DNA of 43,393 nucleotides from Bacteroidales bacterium (GTDB lineage Bacteria > Bacteroidota > Bacteroidia > Bacteroidales > UBA932): NCBI GenBank assembly GCA_021443565.1, contig JABUTS010000078.1:1-43393 (forward strand), read 5' to 3'. The translations under genes were made by a program, and so were the position numbers. The notes under the pieces are model-generated. The model was not told where the DNA came from. It worked only from the letters and a program-made list of their open reading frames with translations, and searched no databases. Below are positions 8,720 through 17,003 of this stretch, in pieces. Each line of letters begins with the position of its first letter. Within the stretch, counting starts at the first letter, position 1.

Positions 8720-11122
8720 ATGGAAATGAAAGATATGCTATTTTCTCCGGGAGGTGCCGACGTGAGCATCATCCCTGTCATGCAGGGCGACAGTTTCCCC
8801 AAGCTCGACGAGTCCCAACTTCCAGACGCCCTGCCCATACTCGCTCTCAGGAATGCGGTGATATTCCCAGGCAGCGTCTACCCTGTCACCATAGGCCGGG
8901 AAAAGTCGATACGGCTCATCCAGGATGCAGAGCAGGCCAACATGTTCATAGGCGCAGTACCCCAGAACGACCTAAGCGTGGAAGATCCCCTTCTCGGCGA
9001 CCTCTTCGAATACGGATGCGTCACCAAGATAGTGAAGACCCTCGAAATGCCCGACGGGTCAATAACGGCCATACTCCAAGGATTCAAGCGCTTTGCCCTC
9101 GACGAACTGATTCAGACCGAACCTTATCTCGTGGGACGGGTGCAGTACCTCGAGGACATCCCGGCCGATGATGACAGCAGGGAAGTCAAGGTGATAGCTG
9201 AATCCATCAAGGAAAAGGCTGCTGCCATAATCAGGATGGGCAACTTCGCCTCAAAGGAGGCCATAGGCGCCCTCAAGGCTATAGAGGGAACCGAGTTCCT
9301 GGTGAACTTCGTCGCCACCACCATGGAGGTGGACAACTTTGCCGACAAGGTCGAACTGCTCGGTGTGGGTGACATCATGGGAAGGGCCATGATGCTGCTC
9401 TCCGTACTGAACAAACAGGTCGAACTTCTCAAGATCAAGCAGGAAATCAATCAGAAGGTCAAGACCGAAATAGACCAGCAGCAGAGGGAATACTACCTCA
9501 ACAACCAGCTACGCACCATACAGGAGGAACTTGGCATGGACGAGGAAGAGGAATTCGTCCAGCTCAGGGAAAAGGCGGAGAGAAAACTGTGGCCGCCTCA
9601 GATTCAGGAAATCTTCAACAAGGAGATGGTGAAGCTGGAACGTTACAATCCAAGCTCTCCGGAATACAGCATACAGTACAATTACATCCAGTTCATGCTC
9701 GACCTTCCGTGGGAGGAGGTGTCGCAGGATAATCTTGACCTGAAGCATGCCAGGAAGGTGCTCGACGAGGACCACTTCGGCCTTGACAACGTGAAGGACC
9801 GAATAATAGAGTATCTCGCGGTGCTGAAACTGAAGGGAAACATGAAGTCGCCCATACTCTGCCTCTATGGCCCTCCGGGAGTTGGAAAGACCAGTCTCGG
9901 AAAGTCGGTCGCAAGGGCCTTGGGCAGAAAGTACATGAGGATATCTCTCGGCGGTGTCCATGACGAATCGGAAATCCGCGGCCACAGGAAAACCTATGTC
10001 GGAGCCCTTCCGGGACGCATCCTCAACGCAATCAACCGCGCGGGAACGTCTAATCCGGTCATTGTTCTGGATGAGGTGGACAAGCTCAGCCGCGACATCA
10101 AGGGAGATCCGTCATCGGCTCTTCTCGAGGTTCTTGACCCGGAGCAGAACACCACCTTCCACGACAACTACCTCGACATAGACTACGATCTTTCCAACGT
10201 GCTCTTCATCACCACCGCGAACAGCACGGCGACCATACAGCCCGCCCTCAGGGACAGGATGGAAATGATCAACGTGAGCGGTTATCTTGCAGAGGAGAAG
10301 ATGGAAATCGCGAAGAAATATCTTGTCCCGAAGCAGATTGCGGAGCATGGTCTGGACAGGAAAGCCCTGAAGATAGAGAAGGCTGCCCTCGAGACAATCA
10401 TAGATGAATATACCCACGAAAGCGGTGTCCGCTCGCTTGAAAAGCAGATAGCCAAGCTGGCGCGTGTGACAGCGAAGAAGGTTGCCATGGACGAGCCGGT
10501 TCCTGGCGCCATAAAGAAAGACATGCTCAAGGAATATCTCGGGCTCCCTGTTGCCGCCCATGACAGGCAGAAGGGCAACGAAGGTACGGGCGTCGTCACG
10601 GGACTTGCATGGACCGAGATGGGCGGAGAGATACTTTTCATCGAAAGTTCCGTGAGCGAAGGTAAGGGCGTGCTGTCCATGACCGGAAATCTCGGCGATG
10701 TGATGAAGGAGTCGGCGACCATAGGCTGGCAGTGGATCAAGGCCCACCCGGAGGTTGCAGGCCTGAGCCATGAGGAATTCATGAAGAGGGACATACATGT
10801 CCACGTGCCGGAGGGCGCTACGCCGAAGGACGGCCCTTCAGCCGGAATCACCATGGTCAGCTCAATGGTGTCGGCGCTCAGGGGAAAGCAGGTCAGGAGC
10901 GGCATAGCAATGACCGGTGAAATGACCCTTCGCGGCAAGGTGCTTCCTGTCGGCGGCATTAAGGAGAAGATACTCGCAGCCAAAAGAGCCGGTGTCCATA
11001 CCATATACATATGCGAGGATAACAGGAAAGACATAGAGGATATCAAGGATATTTACGTGAAAGGGCTTACCTTTGCATATGTCAGGACCATACAGGACGT
11101 GCTTGACGGGATTTTCCGATGA
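8720..11122 (+). CDS. lon: ATP-dependent protease La
   Basis: LON N-domain, Walker A 'GPPGVGKTS', 'LDEVDK', catalytic 'PKDGPSAG' and 'VGGIKEK'. Confidence 0.98.
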   Translation: MEMKDMLFSPGGADVSIIPVMQGDSFPKLDESQLPDALPILALRNAVIFPGSVYPVTIGREKSIRLIQDAEQANMFIGAVPQNDLSVEDPLLGDLFEYGCVTKIVKTLEMPDGSITAILQGFKRFALDELIQTEPYLVGRVQYLEDIPADDDSREVKVIAESIKEKAAAIIRMGNFASKEAIGALKAIEGTEFLVNFVATTMEVDNFADKVELLGVGDIMGRAMMLLSVLNKQVELLKIKQEINQKVKTEIDQQQREYYLNNQLRTIQEELGMDEEEEFVQLREKAERKLWPPQIQEIFNKEMVKLERYNPSSPEYSIQYNYIQFMLDLPWEEVSQDNLDLKHARKVLDEDHFGLDNVKDRIIEYLAVLKLKGNMKSPILCLYGPPGVGKTSLGKSVARALGRKYMRISLGGVHDESEIRGHRKTYVGALPGRILNAINRAGTSNPVIVLDEVDKLSRDIKGDPSSALLEVLDPEQNTTFHDNYLDIDYDLSNVLFITTANSTATIQPALRDRMEMINVSGYLAEEKMEIAKKYLVPKQIAEHGLDRKALKIEKAALETIIDEYTHESGVRSLEKQIAKLARVTAKKVAMDEPVPGAIKKDMLKEYLGLPVAAHDRQKGNEGTGVVTGLAWTEMGGEILFIESSVSEGKGVLSMTGNLGDVMKESATIGWQWIKAHPEVAGLSHEEFMKRDIHVHVPEGATPKDGPSAGITMVSSMVSALRGKQVRSGIAMTGEMTLRGKVLPVGGIKEKILAAKRAGVHTIYICEDNRKDIEDIKDIYVKGLTFAYVRTIQDVLDGIFR

Positions 11123-11787
11123 ACGTAAAGATTGAAGAAAGCTGGAAGAGCGCACTGTCAGGTGAATTCGAGAAACCGTATTTCGCCTCTCTGGTGCGCT
11201 TTCTCCATGATGAAAAGGCCGCCGGCAAGGTGATTTACCCTCCGGGCGGCAGCATATTCAGGGCCTTCGACCTCACTCCCGTGGAGGATGTGAAGGTCGT
11301 GATACTCGGTCAGGACCCTTACCATAACCCCGGCGAGGCCATGGGGCTTTCATTCTCTGTACCTTCCGGGGTAAGGATGCCACCTTCCTTAAGGAATATA
11401 TATGCTGAAATAGAGAGCGACCTCGGTGTGAAGATGAGCGGGAGCCCCGATCTTACTCCGTGGGCAAGGCAGGGAGTGCTCCTGCTTAACGCAGTCCTGA
11501 CGGTGCAGGCCGGCATGGCTGCGTCCCACAAGAACAGGGGATGGGAAGAGTTCACGGACGCTGTGATACGATGGATCTCCGCCTGCTGCGACGGGGTGGT
11601 ATTCATGCTCTGGGGCAGTTTCGCCCGGAGCAAGGCCGGGCTGATAGACAGCAGCCGCCACCTGGTTCTGGAGGCTGCCCACCCATCGCCTCTGGCGAGG
11701 GGCGCCTTCTTCGGATGCCGTCACTTCTCAAAGGCCAATCAGTGGCTTTCGGAACAGGGACGAGAGCCTGTGGACTGGGTGCTGTAG
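11119..11787 (+). CDS. ung: Uracil-DNA glycosylase (family 1)
   Basis: 'GQDPYH', 'PPSLRNI', 'GVLLLN' and 'HPSPL'; ATGA overlap with lon. Confidence 0.98.
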   Translation: MNVKIEESWKSALSGEFEKPYFASLVRFLHDEKAAGKVIYPPGGSIFRAFDLTPVEDVKVVILGQDPYHNPGEAMGLSFSVPSGVRMPPSLRNIYAEIESDLGVKMSGSPDLTPWARQGVLLLNAVLTVQAGMAASHKNRGWEEFTDAVIRWISACCDGVVFMLWGSFARSKAGLIDSSRHLVLEAAHPSPLARGAFFGCRHFSKANQWLSEQGREPVDWVL

Positions 11788-11810
11788 ACCGGACACCGAG
11801 CTCCCTCAGG

Positions 11811-12269
11811 TCAGAGTCTGACTCCAGGAGGAAGGAAGATGGAGGTGTCGCCGTTGTGCTTTATGAGGTCACGCACGGCAGTTGACGAAATATGTGCGAA
11901 TTCCTGGGCAGTCGGGATTATGACTGTCTCTATTTCAGGGGCAAGCACCCTGTTGGCGTCGGCTATCGCCCTCTCGTTCTCGAAATCGACCATGTTCCTG
12001 ACACCTCTTACTATATGCCTTATCCCCAGTTGGCGGCAGGCGTCCACTGTAAGGTTGTCGTAGGTTATTATGGATACTCCCTCCAGACCTTCGGTAGCCT
12101 GGCGTATAATGCTCACTTTCTTCTCGTTATCAAAAAAGCCACGCTTGTCGATATTGACACCGACCGCCACGACGATTTCGTCGAACATGGTCAGCGCGCG
12201 CTTCAGTATGTTGAGATGTCCTGCAGTGAAGGGGTCAAACGATCCCGGAAACAATGCTTTGTTTTTCAT
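11811..12269 (-). CDS. coaD: Pantetheine-phosphate adenylyltransferase
   Basis: 'FPGSFDPFTAGH', 'IVRGVR...DFENE' and 'ISSTAVR'. Confidence 0.96.
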   Translation of the reverse strand: MKNKALFPGSFDPFTAGHLNILKRALTMFDEIVVAVGVNIDKRGFFDNEKKVSIIRQATEGLEGVSIITYDNLTVDACRQLGIRHIVRGVRNMVDFENERAIADANRVLAPEIETVIIPTAQEFAHISSTAVRDLIKHNGDTSIFLPPGVRL

Positions 12270-12288
12270 GTCCTTGAAATTGGGGAGG

Positions 12289-12296
12289 CGAAGTTA
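12289..12296 (-). promoter_or_regulatory. Putative -7 element (TAACTTCG) of coaD
   Basis: Variant motif 19 nt upstream of the coaD ATG. Confidence 0.5.
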
Positions 12297-12354
12297 CTAT
12301 TAAGCGGGCGAAAAGGCAAACATGCCGGCAGAAATGATTAAATTCCAATAATCA

Positions 12355-12386
12355 TTTGATAATTAGAAAAATTAACCGTAATTTTG
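12355..12386 (+). promoter_or_regulatory. Primary-sigma promoter of hup
   Basis: TTTG (12355-12358), a 20-nt spacer and TAATTTTG (12379-12386). Confidence 0.75.
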
Positions 12387-12438
12387 CAAGGTTTAATCCA
12401 TTATTGAGAATTAACAATATAGCACAAACTTTTTAGAT

Positions 12439-12714
12439 ATGACAAAGGCAGAAATCGTAAACGAGGTTGCTAAGTCAACCGGCGTGGAGAAGACTCAGGT
12501 ACAGGCAGTAGTCGAGGCTTTCATGGAGAGTGTAAAGGGCTCTCTCGAGAATGGAAATCCAGTTTACCTTCGTGGTTTTGGCAGTTTCATCATCAAGCAC
12601 AGGGCAGAGAAGGCAGCCCGCAACATCACAAGGAACACCACTCTTACCATTCCGGCACATGACATCCCGGCTTTCAAGCCAGCCAAGGTTTTCGTTGACC
12701 AGGTCAAGAAGTAA
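12439..12714 (+). CDS. hup: HU family DNA-binding protein
   Basis: 'MTKAEIV...VYLRGFGSF..KHRAEKAARNI...IPAHDIPAFKP'. Confidence 0.95.
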   Translation: MTKAEIVNEVAKSTGVEKTQVQAVVEAFMESVKGSLENGNPVYLRGFGSFIIKHRAEKAARNITRNTTLTIPAHDIPAFKPAKVFVDQVKK

Positions 12715-12737
12715 CAAACTCTCTAATTCTATAAACT

Positions 12738-12830
12738 ATGCCAAACGGTAAGAAGCACAAGCGTCACAAGATGGCGACGCATAAGCGCAAGAAGCGTCTT
12801 CGCAAGAACAGACACAAGAAGAGAAAGTAA
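12738..12830 (+). CDS. 30S ribosomal protein bS22 (AURKAIP1/COX24/mS38-like), 30 aa
   Basis: Translates to MPNGKKHKRHKMATHKRKKRLRKNRHKKRK. It has an A-rich initiation region (ATAAACT-ATG), is followed by a hairpin, and matches the recalled Bacteroidetes bS22 pattern MPxGKKxKRHKxATHKRKKR. It is absent from the ORF track because it is too short. Confidence 0.88.
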   Translation: MPNGKKHKRHKMATHKRKKRLRKNRHKKRK

Positions 12831-12838
12831 CTCAACTG

Positions 12839-12871
12839 AAGGGGCCGTCAAATAGCTTTGGCTGCCCCTTT
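12839..12871 (+). terminator. Probable intrinsic terminator after hup-bS22
   Basis: AAGGGGC...CAAA TAGC TTTG...GCCCCTT followed by T. Confidence 0.6.
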
Positions 12872-12888
12872 GTCAATGAAAATATCCA

Positions 12889-14451
12889 ATGGAGTCCGCT
12901 GAAAAGGATCTTATCGTTGACGTCAGGTCAACGGAGGTCTCTATCGCGCTGATGGAAAATCATCGTCTGATAGAGCTTAACAAGGAGTCCGGCAAGGAGG
13001 GGGACAGCTTCAGTGTAGGCGACGTCTACCTGGGCAAGGTGAAGAAACTTCTTCCCGCCCTCAATGCTGCCTTTGTTGACATCGGCGACCAGAAGGAGGC
13101 ATTCATACATTATCTGGATCTCGGCCTGTTTTTCAGGTCTTACGAGGAATTCGTAAGGAAAATCAATCCGAATACCGACGCCAAGGCCCTTTATTCGGGG
13201 ATAAAGCTCGGTCCCATACTCGAAAAGGAGGGCAGGATAGAGAACACTCTCACTGTCGGGCAGATAATACCGGTGCAGATCATCAAGGAGCCGATTTCGA
13301 CCAAAGGGTCACGACTGACTGCGGAAATTTCACTGGCAGGACGGAATGTGGTACTGCTCCCTTTTGCAGACAAGGTGAGCATATCCCAGAAGATTGCCTC
13401 GAAAGAGGAAAAGAGAAGACTTGAGACTCTGGTAAAGAGTATTCTTCCGAAAAATTACGGAGCCATCATCCGCACCGCGGCAGAGGGCAAGACCGCCGCG
13501 ATTCTCGATGCAGAGATAACGACTCTCATCGACAAGTGGGAAAACTCCTGGAAGAAGATTGCACGTTCAAAGAGCGTCCAGCTGCTGTTCACCGAATACA
13601 GCAAGACGACAACAATCCTCAGGGACCTTCTGAACGACTCGTTCACCAATATCCACGTGAACGACGAGACTGTCTACGACGAGATCAGAAAATACATTTC
13701 AGTGATCTCTCCGGAGCAGGAGAAGATAGTGAAACACTATAGCTCCCAGACTCCGATCTTCGACCACTTCGAGGTCACCAGGCAGATTAAAAGTTCGTTC
13801 GGAAAGGTGGTGCCAATCAAACAGGGCGCATACCTGGTAATAGAGCACACGGAGGCTTTGAACGTTATAGACGTCAACAGCGGAACCCGCAACAAGAACA
13901 AGGAGCAGGAAGAGAACACTTTTGACGTCAACTGTTATGCAGCGGAAGAAATTGCCAGACAGATGAGACTCCGCGACATGGGAGGCATCGTGATAGTGGA
14001 CTTCATAGACATGGAGTCGAACGAACACCGTACAGCCCTATACAAGAAGATGGTGGAGCTCATGGAAAGTGACAGGGCCAAGCACAACGTGCTGCCGCTT
14101 ACCAAGTTCGGACTTATGCAGATAACCCGCCAGAGGGTACGTCCGGTGACCGAAATCAATACCCTGGAGGTATGTCCGGTCTGCCATGGAACGGGAAAGA
14201 TTTCCTCAAGTGTGGTTATCGACGAGGACATTGAACGGAAGCTCGCCTGTCTCGTCACCGAAAAAGGATACAGGTCGCTCGAACTCAGGGTGGGTCATAT
14301 ACTGGGATCATACCTTTCGAGGGGAATCTTCAACTCCATCGTTTCGAGGTGGAAGAAGAAGTACAGGTGCAAGATTGCATTGACCGAAGTCACTGACTTC
14401 ACCGTCCTGCAGCATGAATTCTACAACGAGAAGGGAGACAGGCTTGAATAG
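12889..14451 (+). CDS. rng: Rne/Rng family ribonuclease (RNase E/G)
   Basis: S1 domain 'VGDVYLGKV...NAAFVDIG', 'QIIKEPISTKG', 'VIDVNSG', 'RLRDMGGIVIVDFIDM' and Zn-link 'CPVCHGTG'. Confidence 0.95.
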   Translation: MESAEKDLIVDVRSTEVSIALMENHRLIELNKESGKEGDSFSVGDVYLGKVKKLLPALNAAFVDIGDQKEAFIHYLDLGLFFRSYEEFVRKINPNTDAKALYSGIKLGPILEKEGRIENTLTVGQIIPVQIIKEPISTKGSRLTAEISLAGRNVVLLPFADKVSISQKIASKEEKRRLETLVKSILPKNYGAIIRTAAEGKTAAILDAEITTLIDKWENSWKKIARSKSVQLLFTEYSKTTTILRDLLNDSFTNIHVNDETVYDEIRKYISVISPEQEKIVKHYSSQTPIFDHFEVTRQIKSSFGKVVPIKQGAYLVIEHTEALNVIDVNSGTRNKNKEQEENTFDVNCYAAEEIARQMRLRDMGGIVIVDFIDMESNEHRTALYKKMVELMESDRAKHNVLPLTKFGLMQITRQRVRPVTEINTLEVCPVCHGTGKISSSVVIDEDIERKLACLVTEKGYRSLELRVGHILGSYLSRGIFNSIVSRWKKKYRCKIALTEVTDFTVLQHEFYNEKGDRLE

Positions 14452-14484
14452 GCCTGGCTCCTTTTCTTTTTCTTTATTTAGGGC

Positions 14485-14492
14485 TATATTTG
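14485..14492 (+). promoter_or_regulatory. -7 element (TATATTTG) of the ABC transporter operon
   Basis: Exact TAnnTTTG followed by CA, 24 nt before ATG 14517. Confidence 0.65.
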
Positions 14493-14516
14493 CAGACTTT
14501 ATAAGATTCTTGTCCG

Positions 14517-16352
14517 ATGAAGGAATTCTGGAAGGTCCTGAGGCGTTTTGTTTCGCCCTATAAGAGATATCTGGCCGGGTCGGTCGTGCTGAACATGCTT
14601 TCCGCAGTGTTCAACATCTTCTCGTTTTCCCTGATCATCCCCATACTTCAGATTCTCTTCAAACTTGACACCACGGCTTATAGCTTCATGGCCTGGGATA
14701 CACCGGGGGCTGAGTTGAAGGACGTGCTACTGAACAACTTCTATTACTATGTCACGGTGCTCATAGAGCGCCACGGAGGCTCCATGACTCTTTTCATCCT
14801 GGGAGTGTTCCTTACAGTAATGACTGCCGTGAAGACCTTCTGCTACTTTGCCTCGTCCGCCGTCATGGTGCCCCTGCGCACCGGAGTCGTGCGCGACCTG
14901 AGGGTGAAGGTCTATGACAAATTGCTCTCCCTCCCCATAGGATACTTCACCGAGGAGCGCAAAGGCGACATTATAGCCAGGATGAGCGGCGACGTCCAGG
15001 AGGTGGAGAACTCGATAATGAGCTCTCTCGACATGCTTATCAAGAATCCCATACTGATAGCCTTCTACTTTGCTACCCTGATATTCATCAGCTGGCAGAT
15101 GACGCTTTTCACCGTACTCGTCGTCCCTGTGCTCGCCTGGGGCATGGGAGCGCTCGGGAAGAAACTCAAGGCCCATTCCCTCGAGGCTCAGAACAGGTGG
15201 AGCGACACCATGTCCATACTTGACGAAACCTTGGGAGGCCTCCGCATCGTGAAGGCCTTCATAGCGGAAGACAAGATGAGCAGGCGCTTCTCCGAAGTGG
15301 CCAACGACTACCGACGCATCTATGGACGTGTGGCTGTGCGGCAGTCCTCCGCCCACCCCGTCAGCGAATTCCTCGGAACCGTGATGATCATGATAGTGCT
15401 CTGGTTCGGCGGCACTCTGATTCTCAATGAGTCGGCAAGCATAGACGCCCCGACCTTCATATTCTATATCGTGATACTCTACAGTGTGCTCCAGCCTCTG
15501 AAGGATTTCTCCAAGGCCGGTTATGCCGTTCCAAAGGGTCTGGCGTCGATGCAGAGAATAGACAAGATTCTTGAGGCGGAGAACACCATCAGGGAAATCG
15601 CGGAGCCTAAGCCGCTACACGGCTTCGATGACAAGATATGCATCAGGGGCGTGGACTTCGCATACGAGGACGGCCGCAGGGTGCTTTCGGACATCAACAT
15701 AGAGATACCTAAGGGCAAGACCGTGGCTCTTGTGGGCCAGTCCGGCTCGGGCAAATCCACCCTCGTGGACCTCATCCCCCGCTACAGGGACGTGTGCGCC
15801 GGCTCGATAACCATAGACGGCACCGACGTGCGCGACGTCCGCATCAAGGACCTCCGTAGTCTGATAGGCAATGTCAATCAGGAGGCCATACTTTTCAACG
15901 ATACCATTTTCAATAACATAGCCTTCGGAGTGGAGAACGCGACCATGGACCAGGTCGTGGCTGCGGCAAAAATCGCCAATGCCCACGATTTCATCATGGA
16001 GAAGGAGGATGGCTACCATACCAACATAGGCGACCGCGGTGCAAAACTCTCCGGAGGGCAGAGACAGCGCATCAGCATAGCCCGCGCAATACTGAAGAAT
16101 CCTCCTATACTCATACTCGACGAGGCGACTTCGGCTCTTGACACCGAGTCTGAAAGGCTCGTTCAGGAGGCTCTGGACCGCCTGACCAGCACCCGAACCA
16201 CTATTGCCATAGCGCACAGGCTCTCCACCATCAGGAGCGCTGACGAGATATGCGTGTTGGGCGAGGGCAGGATAGTTGAAAGAGGCCGTCACGAAGAACT
16301 GATGGAGCTTAACGGCATTTACCGCAGGCTCCATGACATGCAAACCCTGTGA
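14517..16352 (+). CDS. MsbA-like ABC exporter (fused TMD and NBD)
   Basis: TM domain, Walker A 'GQSGSGKST', signature 'LSGGQRQR' and Walker B 'ILILDEATSALD'. Confidence 0.93.
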   Translation: MKEFWKVLRRFVSPYKRYLAGSVVLNMLSAVFNIFSFSLIIPILQILFKLDTTAYSFMAWDTPGAELKDVLLNNFYYYVTVLIERHGGSMTLFILGVFLTVMTAVKTFCYFASSAVMVPLRTGVVRDLRVKVYDKLLSLPIGYFTEERKGDIIARMSGDVQEVENSIMSSLDMLIKNPILIAFYFATLIFISWQMTLFTVLVVPVLAWGMGALGKKLKAHSLEAQNRWSDTMSILDETLGGLRIVKAFIAEDKMSRRFSEVANDYRRIYGRVAVRQSSAHPVSEFLGTVMIMIVLWFGGTLILNESASIDAPTFIFYIVILYSVLQPLKDFSKAGYAVPKGLASMQRIDKILEAENTIREIAEPKPLHGFDDKICIRGVDFAYEDGRRVLSDINIEIPKGKTVALVGQSGSGKSTLVDLIPRYRDVCAGSITIDGTDVRDVRIKDLRSLIGNVNQEAILFNDTIFNNIAFGVENATMDQVVAAAKIANAHDFIMEKEDGYHTNIGDRGAKLSGGQRQRISIARAILKNPPILILDEATSALDTESERLVQEALDRLTSTRTTIAIAHRLSTIRSADEICVLGEGRIVERGRHEELMELNGIYRRLHDMQTL

Positions 16353-16358
16353 ACATAT

Positions 16359-17003
16359 ATGAAGACACTGAAACTGCCCCTCATCCAAGGGCTTGAGAAT
16401 ATGGACTTCGCCGCATTTGACGCGGCCATGGAAAAGGATGCCGCGAAAGGCTCCGTGGATACAGTAAACTGGCCTGAGGCCTTCCCTTACGCCCCGGATG
16501 TCAGATTTTTCGCCGCCAGAAGCGAAAAGTCCCTTGCAATCCTTTATAAGGTAGACGGTCTCGACCTCAGGGCCGTGGCTATGGAGGACAACGGGAATGT
16601 GTGGGAAGACAGCTGCTGCGAGTTCTTTTTCTCCCACCCGGACAACGGCTGCTACTATAATTACGAGATGAACTGTGCGGGAACCCTGCTTGCGGCAAGG
16701 CGCACTTCACGCCAGGATGCGGACCATTTCAGCGCGGAGAAACTTGCCCGGGTGCTGCGTCATTCGAGCCTGGGGCACAAGGCGTGCGAGATCGAGGGCA
16801 AGGTGGAGCCGTGGTCGGTTGCGATGGTAATACCTTTCGAGCTCATGGATCTCGACCCCGAAAGGCTGCCTGCATCAATAAGGGCCAACTTCTACAAGTG
16901 CGGTGACCTTACCGCCCATGTCCATTTCCTGAGTTGGAACCCCGTTGATACCCCCGCTCCGGATTTTCACCGTCCCGAGTTCTTCGGCCTGCTTGAATTC
17001 TAG
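16359..17003 (+). CDS. Carbohydrate-binding family 9-like (DOMON-like) protein
   Basis: 'VWEDSCCEFF', 'YYNYEMNCAG' and 'ANFYKCGD...HFLSW...PDFHRPEFFG'. Confidence 0.85.
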   Translation: MKTLKLPLIQGLENMDFAAFDAAMEKDAAKGSVDTVNWPEAFPYAPDVRFFAARSEKSLAILYKVDGLDLRAVAMEDNGNVWEDSCCEFFFSHPDNGCYYNYEMNCAGTLLAARRTSRQDADHFSAEKLARVLRHSSLGHKACEIEGKVEPWSVAMVIPFELMDLDPERLPASIRANFYKCGDLTAHVHFLSWNPVDTPAPDFHRPEFFGLLEF

